DNA of 64,000 bases from positions 9,531 to 73,530 of the forward strand of contig JBAYIC010000001.1 in assembly GCA_041665845.1 (NCBI GenBank), in the 5' to 3' direction. Shown here in pieces: positions 7,455 through 18,981 of the stretch. The number at the start of each line of letters is the position of its first letter. Position 1 is the stretch's first letter. Both the position numbers and the translations under genes were made by a program. Below the pieces are notes generated by a model. That model had not been told where the DNA came from, made no database searches, and saw nothing but the letters and a program-made list of their open reading frames with translations. The DNA is from Patescibacteria group bacterium (GTDB taxonomy: Bacteria; Patescibacteriota; Patescibacteriia; Patescibacteriales; UBA12465).

Positions 7455-7847
7455 TCAATCAACTTCTTCAAGTTTAACCCCTGAAGCAAAAGCATTATAG
7501 CAATTCATAAACTCTGAATTATAACTTTTCTTTAAAGATTCTTTTTCTGTTTTATTGATTACAATTATACATTCGGCCTTCCTTCCAATATTCGCGTTAT
7601 CCAATAAAGCCTTAAGTCCATTAGCGGCGGCGATTTTCTTACCTTCTGGAATTTCCTCCCACCTTAACCTCATAACAAAAGAAGTGTTTTTTCCTTCATA
7701 CTTTTCCTCCATCTCGTCTAAAATATCCGACCAAGGCCTTTTGCTCTGACCAGTTAAACATTCTAGATACTGCGCGCTTAAATCAATTTTTTCTATCTCT
7801 GGTTTTACTGGTGTATCCTCTGGTTTTATTAATTCTCCAAAGCTCAT
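7455..7847 (-). CDS. hypothetical acidic protein
   Basis: 130-aa ORF 13 nt downstream of rpoD. No motif recognised. Confidence 0.5.
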   Translation of the reverse strand: MSFGELIKPEDTPVKPEIEKIDLSAQYLECLTGQSKRPWSDILDEMEEKYEGKNTSFVMRLRWEEIPEGKKIAAANGLKALLDNANIGRKAECIIVINKTEKESLKKSYNSEFMNCYNAFASGVKLEEVD

Positions 7848-7860
7848 ATTTTTAAGTATT

Positions 7861-9249
7861 TTAATAATCCCTCAACTTTTCTAAGCCCTTAAACTTCCTA
7901 ATTTTCTCTAGAGCTTTGGATTCAATTTGACGAATACGTTCACGGGTAACTTCAAATTCCTGACCGACTTCCTCTAAAGTATGAGCAACTCCATCAACTA
8001 GCCCGAAACGCATCTCAAGTATTTTCTGTTCACGCGGTGATAACTGAGCAACAATTGCTTTAACATAATCACGTAGTAGTTGTAAGGCCGCCGCCCTATC
8101 TGGAGAAACATTTTTTACATCTTCAATAAAATCTTCAAGGGTTGAATCTTCTTCATCATCACCAATAGTTGTCTCAAGAGAAATTGTATCTTGAGAAATC
8201 TTCATGATATATCTAACCTTATCTAATTCCTCTCCCATTTCCGCCGCAATTTCATCCGCTAATGGTTCGCGTCCTAATTCTTGAATTAAATTACGTTGAA
8301 CTTGTTGGAACTTATTAATCGTTTCAACCATATGAACCGGAATACGGATTGTACGAGATTGATCAGCGAGCGCTCTGGTAATTGCTTGTCTTATCCACCA
8401 AGTTGCATAAGTTGAAAACTTAAAACCCTTACGATATTCAAATTTTTCTACTGCACGAAATAAACCAATATTTCCTTCCTGAATTAAGTCCAAGAGACTC
8501 ATACCCTTTGCGCCGGCAAATTTCTTAGCAATTGAAACAACCAAACGCAAATTAGCTTCAATAATTTTCTTCTCGGCTTCTTTATCGCCCTTTTCTTTTC
8601 GTTTTGCAAGTTCCGTTTCCTCTTCTCCAGTTAAAAGTGGAACTTTCCCAATCTCCTTCAAATACATTTGAATGGAATCAGCACTTAATTTCGATAAATC
8701 AACTTGTAAAGCATTTTGATGAGCAAGTGCCCGTCCAGTTAAAGCTGGTTCCGCCGCCTTTTTCTCGGCCGTATCTAAAATTCGACCAGAATCCTCTGCA
8801 ATTCTAATTCCATTTTTCTGTAAATCACCTAAAAAAACATCATATTCATAAACATATTCTTCGACTTCCGGGAAAAGATATAATAATTCTGTTTCGGTAA
8901 TAAAGCCACGCATTCTTCCTTTATCAATTAGCTTTTTCAGTTGTTCTTCGGTTGGTCTTACAACTTCATGCGGCGCTTCTTTAACTTTTATTCTAACCGG
9001 TTTAGCCGACTTTAAAACCTTCTTTGCTTTAGGTGCTAATTTCTTAACTGAAATTTTATGAGCAATCTTTGATTTAACAATAGATTTAACAGCCCGTTTA
9101 ATAATCGGCTTCTTCACTGAAGTTGATTTTTTCGTTTTAACAGCCTTAGCTACCGTCTTTTTTATAGTCTTTTTAGATACATTATTCATTTTTTTAGTTT
9201 TCTTTTTCGGCGGCCTAGCTGGCTGCTTCTTTGGCTGTTTTTTAGCCAT
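7861..9249 (-). CDS. rpoD: RNA polymerase sigma-70 factor RpoD with Lys-rich N-terminal extension
   Basis: Region 2 ([39 protein letters not shown]), region 3 and region 4 ([15 protein letters not shown] ... [20 protein letters not shown]) are all present. Confidence 0.95.
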   Translation of the reverse strand: MAKKQPKKQPARPPKKKTKKMNNVSKKTIKKTVAKAVKTKKSTSVKKPIIKRAVKSIVKSKIAHKISVKKLAPKAKKVLKSAKPVRIKVKEAPHEVVRPTEEQLKKLIDKGRMRGFITETELLYLFPEVEEYVYEYDVFLGDLQKNGIRIAEDSGRILDTAEKKAAEPALTGRALAHQNALQVDLSKLSADSIQMYLKEIGKVPLLTGEEETELAKRKEKGDKEAEKKIIEANLRLVVSIAKKFAGAKGMSLLDLIQEGNIGLFRAVEKFEYRKGFKFSTYATWWIRQAITRALADQSRTIRIPVHMVETINKFQQVQRNLIQELGREPLADEIAAEMGEELDKVRYIMKISQDTISLETTIGDDEEDSTLEDFIEDVKNVSPDRAAALQLLRDYVKAIVAQLSPREQKILEMRFGLVDGVAHTLEEVGQEFEVTRERIRQIESKALEKIRKFKGLEKLRDY

Positions 9250-9254
9250 ATGTT

Positions 9255-11102
9255 TTAAATTAGTTTTTTTAACTCATCAGTCGCGCTCTTGAGCTCACTC
9301 ATAAGTTGTTCCATTTTTTCTCCACCGCCTATCTCCTGATTACCTTCTCTTTCAGCGGCAACCATCGCCTTCTCTAATTTCTTAATTTTTTTCTGATAAC
9401 TATATTTTTTAAGCTCCATTACAATCTTAGTTATTTCCGATTTTGCTTCTTCTTGATTATGAGCATAGAAATCTTTTTCGCCAAGTAGTATAAGCTTATT
9501 TAAAAGTTTTTCTAGTCCCGGTTCGTTCTCTTCTAAATATTTATTAAAATTATCATAATCAAACAAAGTAGACTTATTATAATAGATAATTAAGGTCTTG
9601 TAAAACCTAGAATTCTCTTCCGGATAGGTTTGACTGGGGTCTAAGCTTTCTAAACTATAGGCAATAAACTCGGGAAATTTAATAATAAGCGCTAGAAATA
9701 ATTCGGATAAAAGTTCTTCTCTAAGCAAGGGTCTGATAATCGGTGCTCCAGGTAGATTATTTTTCATTCCCGCTCTAGCAAAGTCTGGTTTTTTTGCTTT
9801 TTGATATTTTTTAAATTCTTCTCTAATATCAGGTTCGGAAAAATCTAATTCTTCACTCGTTTTCTTGAGCCAATAACCTTGTTCGGAATCATTAAAGACT
9901 AAATCAATCATCGCAAACATTTTATCTCTCACAATAATTTTATTATCCAATTTCTCTAAATCCAAATCAGCGCTTATTTTTCCAAAATAATATTCTAACA
10001 TCGGCTTAGCTTCCTCAACCGCCTTCTTAAAATCATCAGGATTATTTTTCAAGCAATCATCTGGATCCTTACCATATGGGAGGGTAATTACTTTTAAATT
10101 CATGTTTTGAGCAAGAGCTTCTTTAATTCCCCGATCAGCCGCCATTTGTCCGGCATCATCCATATCAAAAGCTAAGGCTAAGTTATTGGTAAATCGCTTA
10201 ATCAAAGTTATCTGTTCGGTTGTTAAAGCGGTTCCAGAAGAAGCGACAACATTTACAAAACCATGATTATGACAAGCAATCGCATCCATCTGGCCCTCAA
10301 CTACAATCGCTAAATCTTCTTTTCTAATCGCATTCTTCGCATAATTTAAAGCAAATAAAATTCTACTCTTATCATAAATCTCGGTCTGCGGGCTATTAAT
10401 ATACTTCCCCATTTTTTCCGTCTTTTCTTTTTCGGGATTAACGCGCGCGGTAAAGGCAACAATGTTATTATTTACATCCCAAATCGGAAACATAATCCGA
10501 TCACGAACCCTATCATAATAATTGCGACCACCGCTAGTTGATGCTTCTTTTTTAATAATTAACCCCGCCGCTAAAATTTCTTCATCGCTATATTTACTTC
10601 CAACAATTGGTCTTTGACGTAAAAAATCATACAAAGAGCTCCAACTATCTGGACTATAGCCTAAGTTCCAATCGGCTATCGTTTCCTCTTTTAAGCCTCT
10701 TTCTAATAAATATTCTTTCGCTTTATATCCGGGGGCGGTTTTTAAAAGATGGGCATAATATTTTCCTGCTAACTCCATGATATCTAAAACGCGATTACGC
10801 TTAGAAAATTTTTCCGGATTCTCATGTTTTAAAGTAACATTCGCTTTAGGCGCTAAAAGTCGCAAAGCTTCCATAAAACTTAAAGCCTCCTTCTCCATTA
10901 CAAACGTAAAAACATCACCACCGCGACCGCAACCGAAACAATGCCAAATCTGCTTATCGGGAGAAATTACAAAAGACGGCGTCTTTTCATTATGAAAAGG
11001 ACAGACCGCTTGGAAGTTAACGCCAACCGCTTTAACCGGGACATATTCCCTAATAACTTCCACAATATCTAATTTTGACTTTACTTCTTCACTATCTGAC
11101 AT
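9255..11102 (-). CDS. dnaG: DNA primase DnaG
   Basis: Zinc-finger block [35 protein letters not shown] and a TOPRIM region (VVEGQMDAI ... FDMDDAGQ). Confidence 0.93.
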   Translation of the reverse strand: MSDSEEVKSKLDIVEVIREYVPVKAVGVNFQAVCPFHNEKTPSFVISPDKQIWHCFGCGRGGDVFTFVMEKEALSFMEALRLLAPKANVTLKHENPEKFSKRNRVLDIMELAGKYYAHLLKTAPGYKAKEYLLERGLKEETIADWNLGYSPDSWSSLYDFLRQRPIVGSKYSDEEILAAGLIIKKEASTSGGRNYYDRVRDRIMFPIWDVNNNIVAFTARVNPEKEKTEKMGKYINSPQTEIYDKSRILFALNYAKNAIRKEDLAIVVEGQMDAIACHNHGFVNVVASSGTALTTEQITLIKRFTNNLALAFDMDDAGQMAADRGIKEALAQNMNLKVITLPYGKDPDDCLKNNPDDFKKAVEEAKPMLEYYFGKISADLDLEKLDNKIIVRDKMFAMIDLVFNDSEQGYWLKKTSEELDFSEPDIREEFKKYQKAKKPDFARAGMKNNLPGAPIIRPLLREELLSELFLALIIKFPEFIAYSLESLDPSQTYPEENSRFYKTLIIYYNKSTLFDYDNFNKYLEENEPGLEKLLNKLILLGEKDFYAHNQEEAKSEITKIVMELKKYSYQKKIKKLEKAMVAAEREGNQEIGGGEKMEQLMSELKSATDELKKLI

Positions 11103-11137
11103 ATAAAGCCTTAAATTATAATTAACTATTACTTTAA

Positions 11138-11467
11138 CTAAACGAAAAATTCGGGCAACAGGAGGCTCTCTAAACGCCTAGCCTCACTTTCTACCACTTC
11201 GCCGTCATACTCGGCGTTATGGCGACTCTGGCCGGCATATCCAGGTCGTTTTTGATCAAGATGCAGATTGAAAGTTACAAATACCTCGCCCTTACTATCG
11301 GCTTGTTCAATAAAATAAATATGAAAACGAGGATAAAAATCGCGCGATAAACGTCTAGCAAAACTCATTTGGCCATCTTCTTTTTCCGGAATATAAACAT
11401 AGCCAGCGCTTCTAAGCCAAATTTCCGGCGTTTCCTGTAATTGTTTCTTGCGAGCAATTATTTTCAT
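11138..11467 (-). CDS. hypothetical protein
   Basis: The track ORF is 11138..11521. ATG at 11467 (MKIIARKK...) is preferred, and it still overlaps the GtrA-like ORF tail by about 56 nt. No motif recognised. Confidence 0.4.
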   Translation of the reverse strand: MKIIARKKQLQETPEIWLRSAGYVYIPEKEDGQMSFARRLSRDFYPRFHIYFIEQADSKGEVFVTFNLHLDQKRPGYAGQSRHNAEYDGEVVESEARRLESLLLPEFFV

Positions 11468-11930
11468 CTTTTTTTGTTCTAAAAACAATAAATTTATAAA
11501 CGAAAAAATTATAAACACCAATCATCACATTAACAATTACTTGGGCGAGTAAGTACCAAATCCCAAGCTTGTTTGCTAGTAGATGCATTAAAAATCCATT
11601 AATATTCAAGCCAATAAAAGCATTTCCGATATATAGTACGAATTGGACGGGAATTCTCTTCTGGCTATAATTTCTAAAAGTCCAAAATTTCTGTAAAGTA
11701 AAGCTAACCGCAAAGGATAAAATAAAGGCTAAACTGGTCGATAAGACTAAATTCCACTTAAAAATTCCATGGAAAAGAAAGAGAAAAACCAAATCAACTA
11801 ACGCCGCGGTGCTACCGGCGAAAAAGAACTTTATCACCGATTTGCGTTTTTCGCAAGTATAAAACAGTCCAGGATAACGGGTAGAAAACAAGTTTTTGAA
11901 CTGAAGATATAATCTATTTATCACTGGCAT
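11412..11930 (-). CDS. GtrA-family membrane protein
   Basis: 172 aa with four TM helices. FFFAGSTAALVDLVFLFLF ... YKFIVF is the GtrA-like pattern. Confidence 0.6.
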   Translation of the reverse strand: MPVINRLYLQFKNLFSTRYPGLFYTCEKRKSVIKFFFAGSTAALVDLVFLFLFHGIFKWNLVLSTSLAFILSFAVSFTLQKFWTFRNYSQKRIPVQFVLYIGNAFIGLNINGFLMHLLANKLGIWYLLAQVIVNVMIGVYNFFVYKFIVFRTKKDENNCSQETITGNAGNLA

Positions 11931-11944
11931 AACTCAATACTAGC

Positions 11945-12814
11945 TTACTTTTTAAAATAATTATCAAACACCCAGGCAATTAAAGCTTTGCTCTCTTTAA
12001 AACGATCATTTTTACCAGAACTATTTAAAACCGCAACAATTAAATCTTCGCCATTTACTCCTTTGAATCGGCCGACGAAACAATACCCTGCTTTATCAGT
12101 ATAACCGGTTTTGCCTCCAGTCGGTTCAAAATCGGTTTTAGCAGAATCAAACAATAAATAATCGGTTGATTCAATTATTTTTTCTCGTCCTTCAAGTGTT
12201 TGAAATTTATATTCTTTAAGATTTGCAGCATCGCTTATTTCTGGATTTTCCAAAGCTTCCTTAGCTAGCAGAGCAACTTCTCGGGCGGTTGAAACATTAT
12301 TATCACTTAGCCCAATCGGATCAGAAAATGAAGTATGATGCAAATCTAAACGCGTTGCTTTTTCGTTCATTTTTTTAACAAAATCTCGTTCGCTCATTCC
12401 TGAAGCATGGACTAAAGCAATTGTTGCTCCGTTATCTGACGCAATTAAACTAGTAAGCAATAAATCTTTCAAATTAACATTATCTCCTAAAAAAAGATTT
12501 AATTTCCCGCCGGAAATACTATCGGCCGTTGTTATTTGATAACTTTTATTCCAATCGGGTTTTGTATCAATAAATACTAAAGCCGTCATTAATTTAGTAA
12601 TACTGGCGATTGGCTGTTTCACATCAGCATTTTTATTAAAGAATAGAAAACGTCCGTCTTCAGAAAGAACTGCCGCTTTATCGGCTAAGACAATTTGATT
12701 AGCCCCAACTGGAATCAGCGAAATAATTTTCGCATCTTGATTCGTTATCGCCGGTATACCGTTACCAGCAAAAAACAAGATTAATATAAAATTTATAAAA
12801 AAGTTCCAAATCAT
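11945..12814 (-). CDS. D-alanyl-D-alanine carboxypeptidase (S11 penicillin-binding protein)
   Basis: SxxK (ASITKLM), SxN (ASDNGA) and KTG (GGKTGYT) motifs plus an N-terminal signal/anchor. Confidence 0.85.
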   Translation of the reverse strand: MIWNFFINFILILFFAGNGIPAITNQDAKIISLIPVGANQIVLADKAAVLSEDGRFLFFNKNADVKQPIASITKLMTALVFIDTKPDWNKSYQITTADSISGGKLNLFLGDNVNLKDLLLTSLIASDNGATIALVHASGMSERDFVKKMNEKATRLDLHHTSFSDPIGLSDNNVSTAREVALLAKEALENPEISDAANLKEYKFQTLEGREKIIESTDYLLFDSAKTDFEPTGGKTGYTDKAGYCFVGRFKGVNGEDLIVAVLNSSGKNDRFKESKALIAWVFDNYFKK

Positions 12815-13350
12815 TTTATTTCTTCTAAAACGGCGGCTAATTCTTCCGACTTATTTAATTTTTTATAATCAGGCAAATCATTAACGCTCCCAATCCCTAA
12901 AAATCTAATAAAATCCAAACTAACATTATAATAATTTTCGTTTTTTGTTTTTTCAAATTTTTCTTCAATTAATCCGCGGATAAGCAGATTGCGAATTATT
13001 AAACTACAATTTATACCTCTTATTTTTTCTAATTCCAATTTACTAATTGGTCCGCGATAAGCAATAATAGTTAAAGCTTCTAGACTAGGTTGCGATAATT
13101 CACCGCTGGTTTCACTTTTTAGAAATTCTTTAATTAAAGCGGCATTATCACTAGCCGTTGTAATTTGATATTGGCCATTATTTTTAATAATTGCTAAACC
13201 GCTACCGGCTCTCTCATAATCTTCAGTTAAGGTTCTTAGAACCTCTTCGATTTCATTAGTCTTAGCGTTAGTTAAAGCCGCTAATTCTTTTAAAGAAAGC
13301 GATTTAATAGAAACAAAAAGTAAGGATTCTAATTGGGATTTCAAAGTCAT
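12811..13350 (-). CDS. scpB: segregation and condensation protein B
   Basis: 179 aa. LESLLFVS start and tandem winged-helix pattern; directly follows scpA. Confidence 0.85.
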   Translation of the reverse strand: MTLKSQLESLLFVSIKSLSLKELAALTNAKTNEIEEVLRTLTEDYERAGSGLAIIKNNGQYQITTASDNAALIKEFLKSETSGELSQPSLEALTIIAYRGPISKLELEKIRGINCSLIIRNLLIRGLIEEKFEKTKNENYYNVSLDFIRFLGIGSVNDLPDYKKLNKSEELAAVLEEIK

Positions 13351-13353
13351 ATT

Positions 13354-14079
13354 TTATTGCTTATTACTTGTTATATGTATTTCACTAAACAACTCGTCTT
13401 GTTCAAAAATAAGTTCCTTCTGCTTGGCTAATTCTAAGACTGCTAGAAAACTAACAATCATTTCAGTTTTATTGGTTGCCGCTCTTAAAAGTTTAGAAAA
13501 ATTTACTCTTACTTTATCAAATAACATTTGTCTAATGAGTAAGATTTTTTCCTCGATATTCATTTTTGGCTCTAACTTTTCTTCTGGTAATTTTTCTTCA
13601 TTCCGCTTGGCTAAATCAGCTAATATTTTTTTGAACTGTTCTAACAAAATAAGCGCAGTTACTTTGGTCGGCGGAGAAAAAGTTGGTTCAACTATTGTTT
13701 GAATGCGGCGACTTTTTGTTATCGGTGGTAAATATAAAAATTTTTCTTGAGCAATTATATCTTTTATCTGGCGGCTCGCTTCAATAAACTCCTTATACAT
13801 TCGTAATTGCTTTTCTAAATCATCCCCTTCCTCCTCTTCGGTATCAGTGTACAAATAAGGAAGAAGCGCCTTTGATTTGATATACAATAATTTAGCGGCG
13901 ACTACTAAAAAATCGGCTAATTCTTCCGGATCAATATTTTCCGCCGCTCTAACATAAGCGACATACTCATCGGCAATTTTTGCTAAATTAATTTCCGTTA
14001 TATCCATCTCCTCGCTTTCAATCAAGGAGAGTAAAAGCCCCAAAGGACCAGAAAATTTTTCCGTTGTGAATTCAATCAT
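13354..14079 (-). CDS. scpA: segregation and condensation protein A (kleisin)
   Basis: FSGPLGLLLSLIESEEMDITEINLAKIADEY is a typical ScpA N-terminus. Confidence 0.88.
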   Translation of the reverse strand: MIEFTTEKFSGPLGLLLSLIESEEMDITEINLAKIADEYVAYVRAAENIDPEELADFLVVAAKLLYIKSKALLPYLYTDTEEEEGDDLEKQLRMYKEFIEASRQIKDIIAQEKFLYLPPITKSRRIQTIVEPTFSPPTKVTALILLEQFKKILADLAKRNEEKLPEEKLEPKMNIEEKILLIRQMLFDKVRVNFSKLLRAATNKTEMIVSFLAVLELAKQKELIFEQDELFSEIHITSNKQ

Positions 14080-14081
14080 AA

Positions 14082-15047
14082 TTATTTAAGCGGTTGAGCC
14101 ATTATTGCTTCTTTTTCATTAATAGCTCCTGGTTCATTCCAAACCGTACTCTTAAAACACTGATAGCCAGCTTCATGGTCTTTGCTACCAGCAGCATAAT
14201 TAATAGTTGGACGAGTAGCAATATTGTCTGGATAACTGGCTGCTAAAAAAGTAGTGCAAAGTTGAAAATTAGTATCATCTATTTTTTGATAAACTATTAC
14301 TTTTTCTTTACCAGTTTCTGGATCAATTATTGCCCTTTCCATGGAGTTATAATATCCAGGACTATTTATAATATCTTCTAAGCTATTTGGTAAAACTTTC
14401 TTGGTCTCGTAATAAGTATTAGCTGCACTCTCTAAATTATAGATACGATTAATTACAATCTGATCTAAACGACGATTACGCGCTTCTTTAGGCGACTCCA
14501 TAAAAAACCAAGCCGAGACAAAAGCGGCGACGATTAACACTAATGAAACAAAAAAGAAAATTTTTACAATCTTATCTTTCTGGGTTGCATCAGCGCGTCT
14601 AATATCATAAAGATAAAAAGAAAAAACTGAACCGGAAATAATTAACATGGTTAGTGCTTTAAGGATAAAACTCAAAGTTAATTCACCGTTTAGAAAATTA
14701 TTAATTACACTAATAAAAATTCCTAAAACAGTAACGGAAGAAACTAATAAAATAAAATAAGTTAACCAGCGTCTAATTCCCGATTCTTGAGCTAACTCTT
14801 TAGTTTGTAAACCACGATTAATTAAACGGTTAATAATAAAGAAAATTGGAGTAGCAATTAATAACGCGGAAATAGCAAAGCGAAATTGGCTGTTGTAATC
14901 ACCGTAAATATTAAGAGCAAGCGTATCGGCAACAGTTTGGCTAATAATTCCAAAAACAATCATCCCCACGGAAATAGAGACAAAAACCAGAGCGACTAAA
15001 GATAGGAGATAATAGAAAGCGTATTTTGCATTATGATTACTAGACAT
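14082..15047 (-). CDS. membrane protein (DUF5671-like N-terminal TM domain plus extracytoplasmic C-terminal domain)
   Basis: 321 aa. About five TM helices are followed by a soluble domain. The family call is from memory of CPR proteins and is tentative. Confidence 0.5.
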   Translation of the reverse strand: MSSNHNAKYAFYYLLSLVALVFVSISVGMIVFGIISQTVADTLALNIYGDYNSQFRFAISALLIATPIFFIINRLINRGLQTKELAQESGIRRWLTYFILLVSSVTVLGIFISVINNFLNGELTLSFILKALTMLIISGSVFSFYLYDIRRADATQKDKIVKIFFFVSLVLIVAAFVSAWFFMESPKEARNRRLDQIVINRIYNLESAANTYYETKKVLPNSLEDIINSPGYYNSMERAIIDPETGKEKVIVYQKIDDTNFQLCTTFLAASYPDNIATRPTINYAAGSKDHEAGYQCFKSTVWNEPGAINEKEAIMAQPLK

Positions 15048-15071
15048 ACAATTATTAATTTAATTAATAAA

Positions 15072-16865
15072 TTATTTTTTGCCCAAATCTAATTTGAGAG
15101 ATAATTCTTTCAGTTGTTTTTCATCAACGACGCTAGGCGAATCGGTCATCAAATCGCGACCTTGGCCATCCTTAGGAAAAGCATAAATATCACGAATCGA
15201 ATCCCAATCATTTAAAATCATCAAGATTCTATCAATCCCCGGGGCATTACCGCCATGAGGCGGAGCACCATAAGAAAAGGCATTGATCATCGCTCCAAAT
15301 TTAGCATCAACTTCTTCTTTTTTGTAACCGGCGATTTTAAAAGCCTCATACATTATTTCCGGTTCATGATTTCTAATCGCGCCACTAGAAATTTCAAAAC
15401 CATTTAAAACTAAATCGTATTGATAAGCTAAAATATCAAGGGGATCTTTTTCTTGTAAAGCCTTAAGTCCTCCCTGAGGCATAGAAAATGGATTATGGCC
15501 AAAGTCTATTCTTCCCTCTTCAATTTCTGAATAATCATACATCGGGAAATCTACTATCCAAGCAAAGGCGGCCTTGTTATTATCTTTCAAACCTAATTTA
15601 AAAGCCGCTTCATTTCTTATCGCTCCCAAAACTGAACAAGCTTCACGCCAAGAATCAGCCGCAAAAAATACCAAATCATTATTTTTAGCTAAACAAGCGC
15701 CGGCTAATTCCGCTAATTTTTCTGGGCTTAAAAATTTTGCAAATGAAGCGCCAATTATTTCTTCCTTAATACTTAAATAAGCTAAACCCTTCGCGCCTTT
15801 TCGCTTAGCAAGGTCAACAAACTCATCAAGTTCTTTACGAGTGAACTTAGCGCCCCCTTCAACTCTTAAAGCTTTAACAACGCCCTTATTCTTTACCGCG
15901 TCTTCAAAAACAGAAAAACCACAAGCTTTAGCAATCTCGCTTACATCATTAATTCCCATTTCAAATCTTAAGTCCGGCTTATCAATTCCATAAGTATTCA
16001 TTGAATCAGTCCAAGATAAGCGTTTAAAATTCCCTTCTTTATCAAGATTAACAATTTTTTTAGTACTAAATCTTGCAATTAATTCTTTCATGAACGGTTG
16101 CATTACCGCAAAAACATCATCCTGTTCTACAAAACTCATTTCCATATCAAGCTGATAGAATTCACCGTAATGTCTATCCATGCGCGGATCCTCATCACGA
16201 AAACAAGGCGCAATCTGAAAATATTTATCAATCCCGGCAACCATTAAAAGCTGCTTAAATTGTTGTGGCGCTTGAGGAAGGGCATAAAACTTACCCGGGT
16301 AAACTCGAGAAGGAATTAAAAAATCACGCGCTCCTTCTGGTGAGGAATTAGCTAAAATCGGAGTTTGAATTTCCATAAATCCCTGACCATGGAAATATTC
16401 ACGCGCATAAGTTATAAAAGCATCTTTAGTTGCTAACATCTTCTGTAATTTCGGTCGACGTAAATCTAAAAATCTATATTTAAGACGGAGATTCTCACCC
16501 GCTTCCGCCGCTTTTTCTTCATTATTTTCAAAAGGCATTATTTTCGCTTGGCTTAAAATTTCTAACTCTATCGCCTCAACTTCTATCTCACCCGTTTCCA
16601 TTTTACTATTTATCATTTCTGCTGGACGGGTAATTACGGTTCCGGTTATTTTGATAACACATTCTGGACGCAAACCACTAGCCGCTTCAGTTAAAGCTGG
16701 GTTTTTCAAAGGATCAATTTTAACTTGAGTCAAACCGTAATGATCACGCAAATCTAAGAAGATCAAACCGCCATGATTACGAAAGCTGTTTATCCAACCG
16801 GCTAAAACAACATTTTCACCGGCTAATTTTTTGTTTAACTCTCCACAGGTATGTGTTCTTAACAT
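15072..16865 (-). CDS. aspS: aspartyl-tRNA synthetase
   Basis: The MLRTHTCGEL start at ATG 16865 is preferred, because the track start at 16874 is TTG. Class II motifs FRDEDPRMDRHYGEFYQLD and GGNAPGIDR are present. Confidence 0.95.
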   Translation of the reverse strand: MLRTHTCGELNKKLAGENVVLAGWINSFRNHGGLIFLDLRDHYGLTQVKIDPLKNPALTEAASGLRPECVIKITGTVITRPAEMINSKMETGEIEVEAIELEILSQAKIMPFENNEEKAAEAGENLRLKYRFLDLRRPKLQKMLATKDAFITYAREYFHGQGFMEIQTPILANSSPEGARDFLIPSRVYPGKFYALPQAPQQFKQLLMVAGIDKYFQIAPCFRDEDPRMDRHYGEFYQLDMEMSFVEQDDVFAVMQPFMKELIARFSTKKIVNLDKEGNFKRLSWTDSMNTYGIDKPDLRFEMGINDVSEIAKACGFSVFEDAVKNKGVVKALRVEGGAKFTRKELDEFVDLAKRKGAKGLAYLSIKEEIIGASFAKFLSPEKLAELAGACLAKNNDLVFFAADSWREACSVLGAIRNEAAFKLGLKDNNKAAFAWIVDFPMYDYSEIEEGRIDFGHNPFSMPQGGLKALQEKDPLDILAYQYDLVLNGFEISSGAIRNHEPEIMYEAFKIAGYKKEEVDAKFGAMINAFSYGAPPHGGNAPGIDRILMILNDWDSIRDIYAFPKDGQGRDLMTDSPSVVDEKQLKELSLKLDLGKK

Positions 16866-16944
16866 AAAAATCAAACGCTACAAACGTTTATAATTAATAA
16901 TTTTATCTATTTAAATATTATCTCATTTTAGCTCTTTTAGCAAG

Positions 16945-16972
16945 AAAAAACAGCTCATATTTTCAGCTGTTT
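16945..16972 (-). terminator. rho-independent terminator after recO
   Basis: Minus strand AAACAGCT-loop-AGCTGTTT followed by a T-run (the complement of the A-run at 16945-16950). Confidence 0.5.
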
Positions 16973-17008
16973 ATTGCGATAAATCCTCTATAAATTCTAA
17001 TAAAATCT

Positions 17009-17749
17009 TTAATTTCTAAAATCCAAGAATCCTTTAGTTAAAATTGACAATTCCTTGATTAATTTTTTATCTATCCTTAGTTTTTGACTTAAATCGAGCT
17101 TATTTTCCAACATAAAACGCAGTAATTTCACACAATTATCAGATATTGTCAATAATTCTCTTTCTTCTCCGCCCTTTCTAGCTAAAAAGCATGACTCACA
17201 TATCAACCCACCGTTTTGTAAATTAAAATAATTTTTCCCCGGACTTATTTTTTGTTGGCAAACTAAACAATTTTCTGTTTCCGGCTTATAGCCTATTTCT
17301 GAGAGAAATTTAAAAATAAAAAAAGAGAACAGTAATTCCCCGTTTTCTTTACTAAACTCCTCGCAAACATACTTATCTAAAGTACGCAGATAGTTTAGCA
17401 AAAGATAAAACAAAGGCTTATCCGGCTCATTTTCCGATATTAAACGACGAAACCAACGTAAAGCTAAACCAGCATAATATAATTTATTTAAGTCCTCTTT
17501 AATTCCCGCAAATATTTCTTGATTAATTGCCCCGGCGGCGTAATCCCTTCCCTTGCCAGGGATAATCATTAAATCAACTAAATTTAACGGCTCTAGATGC
17601 CCAGCTAATTTTGATTTTAATCTTTTAGTTCCTCGAGCCATTAAAACTAACTTGCCATAACCTAAAGTATAAAAAGAAACCAGGCTATCATATTCTCGAT
17701 AATCCTGGCGATTTAAAACTATGGCTAAGGTTTTTTTACTTTCCTCCAT
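17009..17749 (-). CDS. recO: DNA repair protein RecO
   Basis: N-terminal OB pattern (LNRQDYREYDSLVSFYT) and a C4 zinc motif (CLVCQQK ... CESC). Confidence 0.85.
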   Translation of the reverse strand: MEESKKTLAIVLNRQDYREYDSLVSFYTLGYGKLVLMARGTKRLKSKLAGHLEPLNLVDLMIIPGKGRDYAAGAINQEIFAGIKEDLNKLYYAGLALRWFRRLISENEPDKPLFYLLLNYLRTLDKYVCEEFSKENGELLFSFFIFKFLSEIGYKPETENCLVCQQKISPGKNYFNLQNGGLICESCFLARKGGEERELLTISDNCVKLLRFMLENKLDLSQKLRIDKKLIKELSILTKGFLDFRN

Positions 17750-17760
17750 AAGTGATTCTG

Positions 17761-18141
17761 CTATCTAAATTTTTCATCTAAATAACTTTGCAAAATAATT
17801 GTCGCGGCAATTTCATCACGGTTAGCCTTGGTTTTTTTGTTGCCAATTAAGGCATCAGCGGCAAGACTACTCAAGCGTTCATCTAAAAAAATAATTCGAC
17901 AATCAGTTTGTTTTTCTAAACGAGCAACAAAATCAAGCCATTTCGGGCTGTTTGCCTCTTCGCCGCTCATTTTTTTTGGACTTCCGATTATAATTGTATT
18001 TATTTCCTCTTCTTTAATTACCGCTAGAACTTCAGCCATCTTAGCCACGGTTTTAAAAGGCGTCGCAATTTTTGTTTCTTCCTCGGCTAAAGCTAAACCG
18101 ATTCTTTTTTCTCCCCAATCAACGCCCAAATATTTTTCCAT
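17761..18141 (-). CDS. ruvX: putative pre-16S rRNA nuclease / Holliday junction resolvase-like YqgF
   Basis: YLGVDWGEKRIGLALA ... DERLSS motifs. Confidence 0.88.
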   Translation of the reverse strand: MEKYLGVDWGEKRIGLALAEEETKIATPFKTVAKMAEVLAVIKEEEINTIIIGSPKKMSGEEANSPKWLDFVARLEKQTDCRIIFLDERLSSLAADALIGNKKTKANRDEIAATIILQSYLDEKFR

Positions 18142-18143
18142 AT

Positions 18144-18977
18144 TTATTTATCTGTTAAAATTTCAAAACCGTCTTCGGTTACAGCAATCGTGTGTTCAAA
18201 ATGAGCACTTAGAGAATTATCAGCTGTTAAAATTGTATAGCCGTTCTTAGCTACTTTAATTCGCCAATCACCAATATTTATCATCGGTTCAATCGCAATG
18301 ACCATTCCTGGCTTTAAAACAATATTTTCAGGCGAATTTTCACGGATTTCAAAATTAAAAACATCCGGTTCTTCATGTGCGAAATACCCAACACCATGTC
18401 CAACTAAATCCCGCACTACTCCATAACCGTTTTTCTTAGCTAAACTAGATACGGCACGGGCAATATCATTAATTTTATTCCCTGGTTTTACTTGTTTAAT
18501 TCCTTCCATTAAACATTGCCGAGTCACATTCATTAATTTTTTTGCTTCTTGGCTAACTTTTCCGACGCCAACCGTAGCGCACATATCAGTAAAATAACCG
18601 CCATCTTTAGAATGGGAGTTAATCGGTGCAGAAAAATTTGCTCTTAGTTCTTTAGTTGTTGGCCATTCCATTCCAATATCTAAATCAACAATATCTCCAT
18701 TCTTGATTAATCTGGAAGGCAAAGCACTACCATGAACAACCTCATTATTAATCGAAACACACAAAGATGAAGGGAATATTATTCCATCTCCCATCGGGTA
18801 ATCTTTAAAAGCCGGACTACCGCCGGTCGTTTTTATCAAACGATTAGCTAAATCTTCTAAACTTCCCGTACTAACGCCCGGTTTAGTTTCATTTATTAAG
18901 GCCTCTAAAATAGCCGCCAATCGACGACCGCCCTCTCTAATAATATCAATCTCTTTTTCTTTCTTAATATAAATCAT
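18144..18977 (-). CDS. map: methionine aminopeptidase type I
   Basis: Metal ligands sit in DIVDLDIG, VGHGVG, IAIEP and HFEHT contexts. Confidence 0.93.
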   Translation of the reverse strand: MIYIKKEKEIDIIREGGRRLAAILEALINETKPGVSTGSLEDLANRLIKTTGGSPAFKDYPMGDGIIFPSSLCVSINNEVVHGSALPSRLIKNGDIVDLDIGMEWPTTKELRANFSAPINSHSKDGGYFTDMCATVGVGKVSQEAKKLMNVTRQCLMEGIKQVKPGNKINDIARAVSSLAKKNGYGVVRDLVGHGVGYFAHEEPDVFNFEIRENSPENIVLKPGMVIAIEPMINIGDWRIKVAKNGYTILTADNSLSAHFEHTIAVTEDGFEILTDK

Positions 18978-18981
18978 AAAC